The notes under the pieces were generated by a model, which saw only the letters and a program-made list of their open reading frames with translations, did no database searches and was not told where the DNA came from. From Eledone cirrhosa (lineage: Eukaryota), in the NCBI GenBank assembly GCA_964016885.1, contig OZ024753.1, positions 2,728,001 to 2,792,000 of the forward strand: a DNA stretch of 64,000 nucleotides. The letters are read 5' to 3'. This document shows positions 13,350 through 26,741 of this stretch, in pieces. The position numbers were made by a program, and so were the translations under genes. Each line of letters starts with the position of its first letter. The stretch's first letter is position 1.

Positions 13350-13690
13350 AATGAGGTAGATAATAGAATGTTATCAGGATGACATAGAAATCTTTGCTGT
13401 ATTAATTCTGGCTCTCTCTGCTATTTGGGTTCAATCCCACTACGGTCAGATTTACATTTCATCTTTTAAGGTTGATAAATAAAGTACCAGTCAAGTACTG
13501 GAATCGATTTTTCTTCTGTCTCTTTCTTATTTTCTCTGACACTCTTGCTCATTCTTTTTCGCTGGAAGAAATCAGTCATCTCCAGACCTGGAAAGGGATG
13601 AGCCCTGCCAGGTTTAAATGCTCAAGACATACTGAATGTCATAATATTGCCCTGTCTCCATCAAGAGTTAAGAATTCATTCCATGCAAGC
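13350..13690 (+). mobile_element. SINE variant with a different 3' tail; second copy at ~51421-51700
   Basis: Decayed head and core followed by CTGGAAGAAATC...CCTGGA.AGGGAT....CTGCCAGG.TTAAA, shared by both copies. Confidence 0.65.
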
Positions 13691-15324
13691 AGATAATAGA
13701 ATGCGTAGAAGCAACTTACACATTCAGCATCTGGGATATATTATACTTTAACCAGGTCTTAGATAAAACTGTACATACGATTAAACAATAGTTGTCTAAT
13801 CAAGCAAACCTATGATGAAACGCATTCTGGGCATGGCTATCTCACTTGTTTTGAGGTGAGTGTATCTATGACTACATTATCCAATATATCATTTAAGAAA
13901 ATACTGTGGGATTTAAGTTAGATTTAATTACTATTTACAGCAGAACTTGCAACCATTTACAGCTTAGTATAGAATTTAGGGAAGCATGCAGATCATCTAG
14001 CATATATTTGATATTCAACCTATTCATGTATTTTCGACAATAGGCTAAGTGTATGATTAACATTGTATGGCTTTAGGCCTAATGAAGACATGGCTTTAGG
14101 TCAAATGAAGCCATTGTAAATGTTTTGCTGTATATATGCTTTGATTTTGTTTGAATTAAGGCTGCTGATATGATGGTATTTTAAAGTGATGATGCATTGC
14201 CAAATATAAGCATGAGCTAAACAAAATACAGCAGAGAGTTCCTACAATTTGTAGAGGCCTCTAAATAATTAAAGGGCATATACATTTTCAAATTTTATGA
14301 CACTTTCTGGTGTAATTTTAAGAAGGGTCTTCTTCTAATCTCCATATAACTTAGAGCCTTGTAAAACCTAAATATAACATTGATAAAGTGTCAGAGTATT
14401 TGAGGATAAGTTGAGTAGGAGGATATACCTGGGTTCAGAATATTAAGATGTAACTAAAGCATCCCAGATGCATAAAATAATATTTCAATTTTAGCCTCTA
14501 TGATATCAAACTGCCTGAAATCTCTGACGAAATACTGTTTGTTTTAAAGTGATTATAGTTATTTAAAAATCTTACATCATAATTTTATATAAGAAAGTTT
14601 GTTAGTTATGTTCTAAAAATTAGCATGATCATGAGAAAATTATCTATATTACTAAATCTCTCCAAAATCTTCATTATTTCAAAATTATTTGAAAATCAAA
14701 GGCAGTGTCTTTTATTATGGTAATGAAATATGTCATCTTAAACTGATGGTTTTGTTGTCCGAATTGTAATTGTTAATAACTAGTAATAAGATAAGGTGCT
14801 ATGTTGGTATATATTGGCAATTAGGTATTTCATAGGTGATAATTTTTCTATAATGAAGTAATCAACCATTAGTAATGGAACATCTTTGACTACTGCTCAT
14901 ACAAACTGAAATATTATTCTTAAAAATAAACTAATACATTGGAGAGATTTCATAGTTGGCAGTTTGGAAGACATTGTTTTATTAAAGTAAACATTATATA
15001 TATAATGTATATGAAGGCGGCCGACCTGACTAGGAACTGCTAAATGTGGCCGCCTTCTTGTCTCTGCCTTTTCAGCCCCATGGATTATATTCCTTTGTTA
15101 AATTTCGAATACCTGATGATGTCACCAGATTCATACTGAACCCGGTCATTGAAATGTTCATAGTATAATAAACCTTTAAGGAATTACACCAGTCCAGCCT
15201 CCAGTTATTTTATAATAATTAACTTCGTACTCGCACCACCAACAACACAAACGAAGATGGGTGAGTTGCATTACGTCAAGTGCTCTCCCTAATATTACAT
15301 CAAGGTTGACTATATACATACATA

Positions 15325-15423
15325 CAGGGTGTCCCCAAAATATGTATACACATTTGATTACCTGTACAGGCAATATTTATTAAAATGCTGTTGAAGTGTG
15401 TATACATTTTTTGAGACACCCAA
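15325..15423. mobile_element. Tc1/mariner-type MITE, 99 bp
   Basis: TA-CAGGGTGTCCCCAAAATATGTATACACATT ... AAGTGTGTATACATTTTTTGAGACACCC-AA-TA: imperfect ~30 bp TIRs flanked by TA. Confidence 0.75.
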
Positions 15424-15691
15424 TATATATATAATTTAGAAAACCTAATAGACACACAAACATAAACACAAGGACAAATCGCACTCATCTGTTATCTTCT
15501 GTGGGTTGCTGATGTTTAGATCACATTAAAGACAGTACATCTCACCACAGTGTATTGACCCACAGAAGACAGCCGATGAGCAGGAATTGTCCTTGTGTTT
15601 ATGCTTCTGTTTCTCTTACGTTTGCTAAATAATATATATATATATATGTATGTATATAGAAGAATATGGTTTATGTATGTATATATATATA

Positions 15692-16618
15692 TATCATCAT
15701 CATCATCTTCGTTTAACATCCATATTCCACGCTCACATGGGTTTGGACGGGAGTTTTCACACTTGAGGCAAGAGTGGTTGTCTTGCTCGCATAGGACTGT
15801 CTGGCGGGTTTTCTACAGCTGGATGCCCTTCCTAACACCAACCACGTTTACAGTGTGGAACTGGGAGGTTTTACCGTGTTACCTACACGGCCACATTACA
15901 GCGTGGACTGTCTGGCGGGTTTTCTACAGCTGGATGCCCTTCCTAACACCAACCACATTTACAGTGTGGGGCTGGGAGGTTTTTACCGTGTTACCTACAC
16001 GGCCACATTACAGCGTGGACTGTCTGGCGGGTTTTCTACAGCTGGATGCCCTTCCTAACACCAACCACATTTACAGTGTGGGGCTGGGAGGTTTTTACCG
16101 TGTTACCTACACGGCCACATTACAGCGTGGACTGTCTGGCGGGTTTTCTACAGCTGGATGCCCTTCCTAACACCAACCACGTTTACAGTGTGGAACTGGG
16201 AGGTTTTTACCGTGTTACCTACACGGCCACATTACAGCGTGGACTGTGTGTTTTTTTTTTGTCATGACACCTACACGACCTCATTTGTTTCGGGCTGGAT
16301 GTTGTGGTACCAACATAACTTTACATTGAAAGGGATGGTGTGGATGGGGTGGGGGTAGTGGGACGGGGGTGTATTTTGTTCGAGGTGCCTACTGACTGTA
16401 GTAGGTTTCACTTTGCACTTAGGTAAAGCGGGTCTTCTCTATTACTGTGTAGCGCCAAAGATCTCGGTCCAGTGGCATTGTCTTGGAGAGGTGTAAGTGT
16501 GTGAGGTCGGAATTTATCAAGTCATCCCAAGTTTTTCTGGGTCTGCCTACTCCGTGGCTACCGTCTATTTTTATTGCCCTGCACTTTTTTATACAGCTGT
16601 CATCTTTCATGCGCATCT
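15692..16618 (-). mobile_element. RTE LINE 3' fragment (ORF C-terminus, 3' UTR, (GAT)n tail)
   Basis: MRMKDDSCIKKCRAIKIDGSHGVGRPRKTWDDLINSDL matches the C-terminus of the 52.8-54.3 kb ORF. It shares the UTR motif CTACAGCTGGATGCCCTTCCTAACACCAAC and has (CAT)n at ~15692-15706. Confidence 0.9.
15794..16247. repeat. Tandem repeat, 4 x 111-112 bp, inside the RTE 3' UTR
   Basis: GGACTGT unit starts at 15794, 15905, 16017, 16129 and (partial) 16241; copies are nearly identical. Confidence 0.95.
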
Positions 16619-16915
16619 CTCGAATAAACAACATCTGATCCCTCTTATTTCTAATTTCTCTATATATATATGTATGTATATACCATGATTGAAGTGGTGA
16701 TGGGCAACACCAAGCATTTCTAAAGACTATTGAAATGCCATTATGGATACACAAAACAAATGTCTTGAGTACTCCCCCAGCAATTGGCTGCACCTGATAC
16801 AGGAACTTTTATATGTATATATATTTATATATATATATTAATTAGCAACAAGCGTTAACCTAATATATCCCTTCCATATACTGTACCGATTGTGTTGTTA
16901 TTTCTGTTTACCTTT

Positions 16916-16960
<45 letters not shown>

Positions 16961-17394
16961 CTATTTCAATGCAGTAACTGAAGTGTTTCTCTGACTATCA
17001 AGTTATATATGTTAAGAACCTACCAATGTAAAAGTGGTTGTTTCATGCTTAATAGTGTCAATGGTGAGTTTTACTGAAATTCGTATTAATATCCTAATTA
17101 GCAAAGGGGAAAATTCTTGAGGGGAAAACAATTATTATGTACATCAGGAAACCTCAGTGATGACAGACAAACAATTAATTATTTTTTTGATTGGCCAGTC
17201 CTTAATTTACTGAGGCACCTTATACCTCATCCACAGTACAATGTGAATATGTAAGGATCTGCTGCTCCTAATGAAGTTACAGGAGTGACATTATTAGATA
17301 CAGTGTCATGATCAGTTAAGATAAGTTATAAGACTGAACACAACCAATATCTCACAGAATGAGGGAGAGAGAGAGAGAGTGATATATAGATATA

Positions 17395-17503
17395 TCATCA
17401 TCATCATCATCATTTTATATCCATTTCTCCACGCTGGCATGGGTTAGACGAGTTGTCCTGTTGTGGGCAATGTTAAGTCAGGTGACCATGTCTTGCTCAT
17501 ACA
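17395..17503 (-). mobile_element. Short RTE 3' end
   Basis: (CAT)n followed by TCCATTTCTCCACGCTGGCATGGGTTAGACG, matching the RTE terminus. Confidence 0.8.
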
Positions 17504-18299
17504 GAGAGAGAGAGAGAATCATCAACTCCAGTACTGGAGTTTTCTTCTTCTTTACCCACTAATTCCTGGTAGGGTTGTGGGAGCAGAGTCCTCAAACACT
17601 CCTTGCAGCAGGTCCTATCATAAGCAAACGTCTCTAACTGATCTGGTTCAATCCCAGGGTGTGACCAGCCAAGCTTATTGAACTGGAAAGACAAATATGT
17701 TTTTGGCGGGATTTGAACTCGGAGATGGCAGAGAGCTGTAAGATTCTATCCAATTCTCTAAAGGCTCCGAATAGTCACAGTACTGTCTGTCTAACAGTAC
17801 ATTACTAAATGTTAAACAAATTCTACCTTTGCACTCCAAAATGTGTTTGCCACTAGATTCCTTAGTACATGAGAAAAGGTAAATTAATATATGATGTAGC
17901 TTTGACAGCTTCACCACTTAGCTGATAAGATCAGGCAGGCAGGCTAAATTAATATATGATGCTGCTTTGACAGTTTGTTTTCTTAGTTGATAAGATCATT
18001 TTTTTCTGTGTTGGTTTAGTTAATTTAATTGTTGTTTTAATTCTCCTCATTTTTATCTGCAGTTATGCCATCTACAATTACTTGTGGTGTTATAACTAAC
18101 TGCTACATTTTAGAGGTGTGTCAAGCAACACATCGTTTATTCAAATTATTGAAAAATATGCTTCTGCATTTCGTTTTTCTTTTAAAATTGATTTAACCTA
18201 TATTTATCCAATCTTTATAAACACAGAATATATTGATAAGCAGATATGTGATGTTAAACAGGTAAAATAGTGTAGAAAAATGCTACAGAAAAATACATT

Positions 18300-18571
18300 A
18301 GAGAGATAAAGAGGGATAGAATGAGAAAGAGAGAGAGAGTGTGTGTATGTGTGATAAGGGATAGAGAGAAAGCGAGAGAGCGTGTGTGTTTGTGTGATAA
18401 GGGATAGAGAGAAAGCGAGAGAGCGTCTGTGTGCGTGTGATAAGGGATAGAGAGAAAGAGAGTGTGTGTGTGTGTGTGGTAAGGGATAGAGAGAAAGAGT
18501 GTGTGTGTGTGTGATAAGGGACAGAGAGAAAGAGAGAGAGTACGTGTGTGATAAGGGAGAGAAAAGAGAGA

Positions 18572-18609
<38 letters not shown>

Positions 18610-18615
18610 AGAGAA
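18300..18615. repeat. Compound minisatellite (GT)n-GATAAGGGATA-(GA)n
   Basis: About 6 recurrences of GTGATAAGGGA separated by GA/GT microsatellite. Confidence 0.9.
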
Positions 18616-18851
18616 AGAACGAGTAAATAAGATTGAAATAGATAAGGACAAAAAGACATGCATGTAACAAAGAACTAGCATTAACGTAGAAATCAAATAC
18701 ACATAACCTCTTATAATATATGTGATATGTGAAATAGTCTGCTTATTTATATCAATCAGCATAGAAAAATCAATATGCTTTTGTTATACATATTATTTCT
18801 GATAAATGCATGTTCTCTCTCTCTACACACACATATATATACATATATGTA

Positions 18852-18925
<74 letters not shown>

Positions 18926-20870
18926 TGTATATATATGTGTGTGTGTGTGTATACCTTCTCTTAAAAGAAAGAAAATACAAAGAAAAATAAACTTATCTTT
19001 TATAAGGCTGGCAGCTCTTTAAAATATATCATCACTCTTTTATTTATAACATCAATAGAGAAAGGAACACCCATTGCAAAATTAGCTGTGATTGTCAGTC
19101 ATAAAATGTAACAATATTTTATATGACAGGGAAACACTAAGTGAATAGTTATTAAATTAAAGCTGCATGAACATACAGCACCATCAGGTGGCATTAAGAG
19201 TGACAACAACAGCATTTACAACAATCTGTATATGAGTATTTAGTAAAAATCACAAAAACAACAACTAGGACTGGAAGATAAACATGTGCAGGCAGTGAAA
19301 ATACACATTCAGTGCAAAAAGAAACTAAGAGTGGCAAGAAGGAAATTGATCAGTTAAAGTGACAGTACATATCACATACAGCCAAATCATTGTAGCTTTC
19401 CAGTGGTGGTTACAAGCAAGATGCTCTTCAGATGGGACACCACACTAAGAAGTGGTGAAAAATTGAGGTTGAATCTAGGAAAAAACTCCAAAAATAAACA
19501 ATATTATAGTATTATTAGTTAATTAATGGTTTTTAAGGAAACAGAAATAATCAATTTCAAAGTCAACAACATGGTCAATTTTATTCAGCATAGACAGTAG
19601 AAAAGTTCTATAATTACATATTAGAAAACAGAGTGAAATGTCTATCAATTTTACATATTACCCTGATAAGGACTTTAAGAACGAAACTCATGACACCACT
19701 TTACAAATAAGGAACTAATATTAATTTGGAAGCAATTTCCAAATTATTCTGATTTAATGTTGATTAATTTAAAATGTATAAATATATAAAAATTAATGTT
19801 TACAATAATCTAATTTATTATTGTTTGTTCTCTGGAGAATTCCTAATTTTAATTTATTCTATTATGGCATTCGTCAATTTATATTTATCATCAGTACCAT
19901 CAATGATTTAATATTTGTTTTCACCATTTTTCTACAGAGTAGTTTAATTCTATCAATAACCTATGTTTGCCTTATCAACTATTCCAATATACATACAAGT
20001 CAAACTGTAAATTCTCATCAAATGTATATATTAACCCATAGAAAACACATCTATTTATCTGTGTATACATAAGTTGTTATAACAGAGTTGAACCTGTGTC
20101 ACTCTTAAACTTACTACTACTACTACTACTACTGCTGCTGTTGCTGCTGCTACTTGTCCTACTCTTCCCCCTCATACTACTACTACTACTGCTGTTGCTG
20201 CTGCTGTTTGAGTTTCAAATAGTAAATTTCAATGTGGAATCCAAACAAACTTTTGTTTTTTCTGTGAGTTTCCATATCTAAAGAAATGATCCTTTAGGAG
20301 CTCCCAAAAATTCCTCAATTCCGTTTATGTTATATGTATGTGGTGACCAAAGGTAATAGTACACATTAGTTAATGGAAGATAATCATGCCCCACAATTTG
20401 TCTGCTCTGTGTCAAAGCCCAGTATGTATGCCACTTCATGACCCCAACTGACAAAATAGAGAAAGTATTACTCCAATAGATAGCAAAGAAGACACACTAA
20501 AAGAGCCATTCCAATACATGGAGCACACTCTTGTGGATGGCCAAATCTATCTTGACAGCAGTGAGTAGTAGGAACTCAGGTTCAAGAACTCAGAACACCA
20601 GGTCTCTCAATTACTATGGGATTTCTTTGTTTGCATTGTTGCTGTGGTTACCCCACCATCAACCCCATGTTTTGGGCTTCCACAAAGTTTATGGTTGAAA
20701 TCATTTCACTTCTTTAACCCTTTAATTACCATATTTCTAATGAAATACTTTAATTATTTAATTAAGAATTTGGGAAGGATTTACCAAAAATATATTTTCA
20801 TAGAGATAGAATGTGTAAGATAACAAAATATTCTCATATAAAATTGTGTTGGAAGGTTTTAATTTCAGTT

Positions 20871-21130
20871 CTTCTTCTTATGTCCACAAGAGTGTCAGTT
20901 ACAGTGCTTGGCTATATGTGGTTTGACCTCAGGTGAACACAGTGCTGTCCTTTCTCATTAAATCTGCCAAGTCCAATGCTGTGCAGGGGTGTTCCAGCAG
21001 GGGGCATATCAGGAGGTGCAGCATAGTCTGTGGTTCGATGCCGCAGTCACACACAATGTCCCCATCCTTTAAATATCCCCATTTTGCAAGATTGACTTTT
21101 GCATGTGCAACACCAGATCTTAGGAACACT
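20871..21130 (-). mobile_element. Non-LTR 3' end with C-x-C...H...C knuckle (Ingi/Vingi-like)
   Basis: LRSGVAHAKVNLAKWGY...CDCGIEPQTMLHLLICP and a short (AAG)n tail at ~20870-20878. Clade assignment is by motif recognition only. Confidence 0.65.
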
Positions 21131-22236
21131 CAATAATATGTGACTTTGTTTTACAGAAACACAAGCTGCTTTGGCTGAAAAATGCATAAACGGGGCAAAC
21201 TTTTCCCACGCACATACACACATATTTTACATGACATATTTAATGTGTTGTGCCCCCCCCCCCCCTAAAATATTATCATGGATGAATTAAGACAATAAAT
21301 TATAGTCAATACTAAATAAAATAATAACAATACATAATTTATTTTGGTTTCTGTTATCAATATCTCTATATTAAATACATGATCAAAAATCAAAATAATT
21401 TCTGACCATGAGTATGTACATGACACTGGAGGAGTGTGGTTCACCCACCACATTGGTCAAACAACTGTAAATCTTGTCATCACAACTGATAGTCCAACAT
21501 ACACACACATACTAATTCCTACCTCCTCTCTATCTCTCTCACACACACATATACACACACAAAGACACACACACACATTTCTACCTCCGCTCTATCTCAC
21601 ACATAAACACACACAAACATACATTCAAACACACATAAACACACACAAACATACATGCAAACACACACATAAACACACAAACATCACACACATCACATTG
21701 CTGCAAAGAGAAGCAACATTGTTTATAAATAACACATTTCTGCTAGGTTAGAACTAGTTCTATCCTCACCATTCCAAACTGGATTTCATACAAATGAATC
21801 CGAAACAAGATTATCGGTGATGATGATGATGCTGCTGGTGGTGGTGGTGGCAGTGGTGACATGGAATAGTAATTCTGCCTTTATACTGAGAAGTTATTTC
21901 CTGTTATCAATGTAAACTTTTATAAGTATTAGTATCTCACCTTCCATGCTTCCATATTATGTATTGTACCTTTCAGACAGAATGAACCTATTATTAAGAC
22001 ACCCTGTGTTTCATCAGTATTTCACCTACAGCATCAAAGACAAGCTACCTACTGGCTTTCAACTCAATCAATGGTTTACTATCTGAACAATGCTAATATA
22101 TATCAGATATAATTATTTTTTATTTGAACATCACACAATCTCTTTTCCTCAACACAATAAACCTAAGGCCTTGTGCAGCAGCATCACCATCATAGTAAGA
22201 AATCAATATATGTTAGAGAAGAAATCTAAACAGTTG

Positions 22237-22490
22237 TGTTTATATACATATACATATTTATATATGTGTGTACATATTTATATATGTGTGTATATATATA
22301 TGTGTGTACATATTTATATACGTGTGTATATATGTATGTACATATTTTTGTATGTGTCTATGTATGTGTGTACATATTTGTGTATGTGTGTATGTGTGTA
22401 CATATTTATGTATGTATGTGTGTACAAATGTGTTTTCATATTTATGTATGTATGTGTGTACATATTTATGTATGTGTGTATGCATGCACA
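22237..22490. repeat. Minisatellite TGTGTACATATTT(A/T)TGTATG, ~20-30 bp unit
   Basis: Direct reading. Confidence 0.85.
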
Positions 22491-22794
22491 TAGTACAAAA
22501 ATGTTCTCCGAATTTATGTATACATGCATTTCTATTTACTCATAAACACAACCCCCCACCCCCACCCCCGCCCACACACACACATATATTTATTCTGTTT
22601 CTGTCACACTATATATACATGTATGGATATATACAAAAATGATCTATATATGCAATAACCTACACACAGATGTATGTATATGTGTATATATGTGTGTGTG
22701 CATACACATGTAACTATGGATATATATGTATTTATATTCATTATCATCATCGTTATTTAACATTTGTTTTCTCTGTAATCAAGAATTATATATG

Positions 22795-22857
<63 letters not shown>

Positions 22858-23047
22858 GACGTAAAAGAAGAAAATTATAAAAATTAACTTACTTACTAAA
22901 ATTTCACTCCAACTAATTAGTTTCTGAAAGGGAATAATTTATTGTTCTGCAACCCCATGCATTGAACCACAAAGTTACTAAGACAAAACCTATATATTTG
23001 CTGGCATAGGTATGCATCTGTATATATATGTTAGTAGATATACTAAT

Positions 23048-23086
<39 letters not shown>

Positions 23087-23515
23087 ATTTCGATTTTGTA
23101 TTTCTAAAGAAATGCGGTATGTTAATAAATAAAAAAATTAGAAAGCCATAGCTATGAATAACACTGGCAGCTAATGTCCCCAAGTGGTGCTCGGCAGAAG
23201 CAATGGGAGACAATCGTCAATGCATTTCAAACCCAACTGGTTTTGTCAGAACAATCTCTCCCGCTCTTGCAACTGCTGGACTTTGAAAACTTGCAGAAAT
23301 ATATAGTTTTTCATCTGTATAAATGAGGAAATTAATCTCTGTCATCAATTATTACAACAGTGACATATACAGGTACTTAAGTTTCATTGGGTTGTTTATT
23401 TCAACTCATTCAACCTGTCATAATTAAAAAAAATGGCTTCCTTTTGTGAAAACTTTAGAAAGTATAGGAGAGTTCTAAGAGCAGATATCTATCTATCTAT
23501 CTCTATATATATATT

Positions 23516-23575
<60 letters not shown>

Positions 23576-23620
23576 GTTTGTATATAAACCAGCAATAATA
23601 TTATTATTAATATCATGATA

Positions 23621-23652
<32 letters not shown>

Positions 23653-24027
23653 ATAGAGAGAGAGAGAGAGAGAGGGAGGGGAGAAGGAGAGAGGTATCCA
23701 TGTGTGTGTGTGTGTGTGCATTATGCAAAGAAACTACTAGTTTCTGATCACACATGACCTTTCAATTAAATCAAAGTGAAATATTAATCTATTTAGAAGT
23801 AATGATATTAAATACATTTCCCTAGCAATGACCCATCACATTTGATTAGGGGCGAAGATATTAAATTGAAATTAAATATTAGCTTAGTGTTCAATTTACA
23901 TTAATTAATCTATCTATCCATCTATCTGTCTACACACATACCTACCTACTTAGATACATATGTACATATGTTCATACATACAGATATCATGAAATAAATT
24001 TATCTGTTTGTAAAATTTTGAAAGATT

Positions 24028-24236
24028 TTATATATTATTACTGGAACAGTTCTCAGCTACCAATACAGTCTGCATTAAACTTTGGTAGATATTATGATAG
24101 ACACTGTTGATATTGACAACGGGAACATTTATTAATGGACTAATATTTTTTAGCATGAAGAACTCAATAAAATTTTTTCTATCAACAAAATCAGTGACAG
24201 CATTCTGATAAGTAAACTCTTTAGTTACCAAACTAC
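24028..24236 (-). CDS. Weak candidate phase-1 terminal exon, product unrecognised
   Basis: TTTCAG|GT acceptor followed by a 69-codon open phase-1 frame (GSLVTKEFTYQNAV...ENCSSNNI-stop) in non-repetitive sequence. No recognisable homology and a poor pyrimidine tract. Confidence 0.15.
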
Positions 24237-24300
24237 CTGAAATTGTCTCCGATTCTACAATACAAAACTGTCTGATTTAATGGGTTTTTTTTATTTGCCT

Positions 24301-24485
24301 GGTGGATTAGCAGTATCGGTAGAGGGTCGGATACTATGCTTTGCAACATAGAGGTATGGCTGTTTAGGGTCTCAGTTCAAATCTCGCCGAGGTTAACTTT
24401 GCCTTTCATCCCTATGGGATAAACTAAAGCACCAGTAATGCACCGGAATAATTGCTTGCCTTGTGCCAAAAGTAGAAAGAATTAT
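24301..24485 (+). mobile_element. SINE
   Basis: Near-full-length match to the family consensus. Confidence 0.88.
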
Positions 24486-25248
24486 AATTCTACATAAGAA
24501 CCATTGTTAAGTTATGTTCCATATACTAGCTTAATGAGAAAGTTTATTACAATACTTAAACCCTCCAAATTATTGAAGATTTTCAAAATTATTTCAAAAT
24601 CACAGACAGTGTCTTTCATAAGAAATATGGTAATGAAAGGATTACTGCTGTACAAACTGCGGAAGGTTCCAGTGTGTGTGACATTTTGCAGCATACATTG
24701 TAAAGAGAAAGATCCAGTGTAAGATCTAGCTAAATGTAGGTTGAGCATATTCGTTTTGAGGGATGAGCTTGGCTGGCCCCACATTTGGGGATCCAGCCAG
24801 ATCCAGTCAGTTGGAGATGGCTACTTCTGACAGGACCCACTGGAAGGAGTGTTTGAGGACTTATTCCTGAGATATTTCACTACATGTTTGATCATTATTT
24901 TGTTTTCTTTTAACCATTAGAAATACTTTCATTCAACTATGAAGAGAAGTTGTGAGCTAGCAATGGTGACTGAACATAATAATCTATAGTGTAGGAGCAT
25001 GGTAGATGAAGACGTAACATCTAGTTTCACTGTAAATAATTAAACAGCATAGTCTCTACTCAATATATGCTTTCCTTGCCTAGCAGCCAATGCACTCTCT
25101 GCATGACTGTACATATAGCAAGCAGCATGACAAAATCATTATTTTATAATTTTCTTTCGCAATTAATCTCCCAAAGACACACATCGAGACGATTATAAGC
25201 TACAATAATTCAGAACATTCATAATAACAAATCCTGACATTATTCAAC

Positions 25249-25360
25249 TGAGTTCAAATCCCGCCGAGGTTAACTTTGCCTTTCATCCTTACAGGGTCGA
25301 TAAAATAAAGTACCAGTAATACGCTGGTTAATTGCTGGCCTTGTGCCAAAAGTAGTAACA
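25249..25360 (+). mobile_element. 5'-truncated SINE with 10 bp TSD
   Basis: Flanked by ATTATTCAAC at 25239-25248 and 25361-25370. Confidence 0.88.
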
Positions 25361-25625
25361 ATTATTCAACAGAGGACATTTAATTATACATTATAATTAT
25401 AATCTATACATTGTGATATCTAAAGAGAGAATAATATATATGCTAGGAGTGCCTATAGATTAAATATTATAGTGATAAATACTTGGGCAACATGACAGTC
25501 ATTAATATAGCAACATCTAAAACTAAAGCAAGATGGCCAAAGTCTTAAAACACTGCAGATTTCAAGTAAAAGTAGCCTTTTCTTATATATATACAAATAA
25601 TATATACATATATATTATATTATAT

Positions 25626-25810
25626 TGGATTGGCAGTATCAGTAGAGGGTCGGACGCCATGCTTTGACGTGTAGAGGTACGGCCTTTACCATTCTGAGTT
25701 CAAATCCCGCCGAGGTTAACTTTGCCTTTCATCCTTACAGGGTCGATAAAATAAAGTACCAGTAATGTACTGGGTAATTGATGGCCTTGTGCCAAATGTA
25801 GAAACAATTA
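25626..25810 (+). mobile_element. SINE inserted in (TTATA)n
   Basis: A-box, B-box and core all present. Confidence 0.9.
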
Positions 25811-25828
25811 TATTATATTATATTATAT

Positions 25829-25871
<43 letters not shown>

Positions 25872-25895
25872 TAATAGAACCACATATGTATGCAT

Positions 25896-26165
25896 ATCAT
25901 TTCTGCTATAGTGAGGTGACTAGCACTATAGCAGAAATGATGAAGGAATACTGGTGAGAACTCTAAGATGAGAAAAACTCATCAATACTTTACCAACATT
26001 CCAAACTAGAGCATGAAACTAACCAGAAACAATGAATTAAAAACTATATCTACACACCAAACAGATGCAATGCTCTGACAGATTAAAGAAGCAACATATA
26101 TAACTGATTGTAGGCCTCAACTCAATAGAACACATGAATGGAATAACAACAACTTCACATTCTAG
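25896..26165 (+). mobile_element. Penelope-like remnant: fold-back plus GIY-YIG C-terminal fragment
   Basis: QIKEATYITDCRPQLNRTHEW-...-stop at ~26079-26165 (IKEA-x-YI...P-x-LNR pattern), preceded by an 18 bp perfect inverted repeat at 25896-25941. Confidence 0.55.
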
Positions 26166-26683
26166 TGGCTAAAAAGAACACACAAGGATAAATCTAAAAG
26201 GATACACCCCCCACACACACATACACAGAATAAAAGCAAACTAGAATAACCTAGGGAGAAAGAAGAAATAAATGACGCACGCATATGCACAGGGGCTTGG
26301 AGGAGAATCAAGACATAAAGGGACACATAAATGTCCAGACACACATACCAAACACAGAAGCTCATAGAAATAACAGTAACAGAGACATGAACACAAATGC
26401 ACACATGTGTGCTGACCAGCCACACGCCTAAATAATAAAAATAAAAAACAAGATGGAGTAGATAGAACAAGATTAGAACAAAGAGGGGAGACAGATGAGC
26501 AAAAATAGTCAATGAGATGGTCGTAGAATGTGAGAAGAAAGAGCTTCGACAATTAACAATTAAACAATAAGCCGGTAATTAAACTAACAGATCAATAGAT
26601 TACTCATTCAACTAATAATAAATTGAACTGAAAGTCAATTGGTGCATGGGTCTTTTTATTAGCAGCATGATTCTCTCAAAATA

Positions 26684-26741
<58 letters not shown>

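Noticed and set aside
15595-16358. Plus-strand ORFs with repeated [12 protein letters not shown]
   Set aside because: Antisense reading of the tandemly repeated RTE 3' UTR.
17881-17998. Two ~53 bp imperfect direct repeats (also small duplications at ~14088-14133 and ~36098-36197)
   Set aside because: Ordinary local duplications with no further structure.
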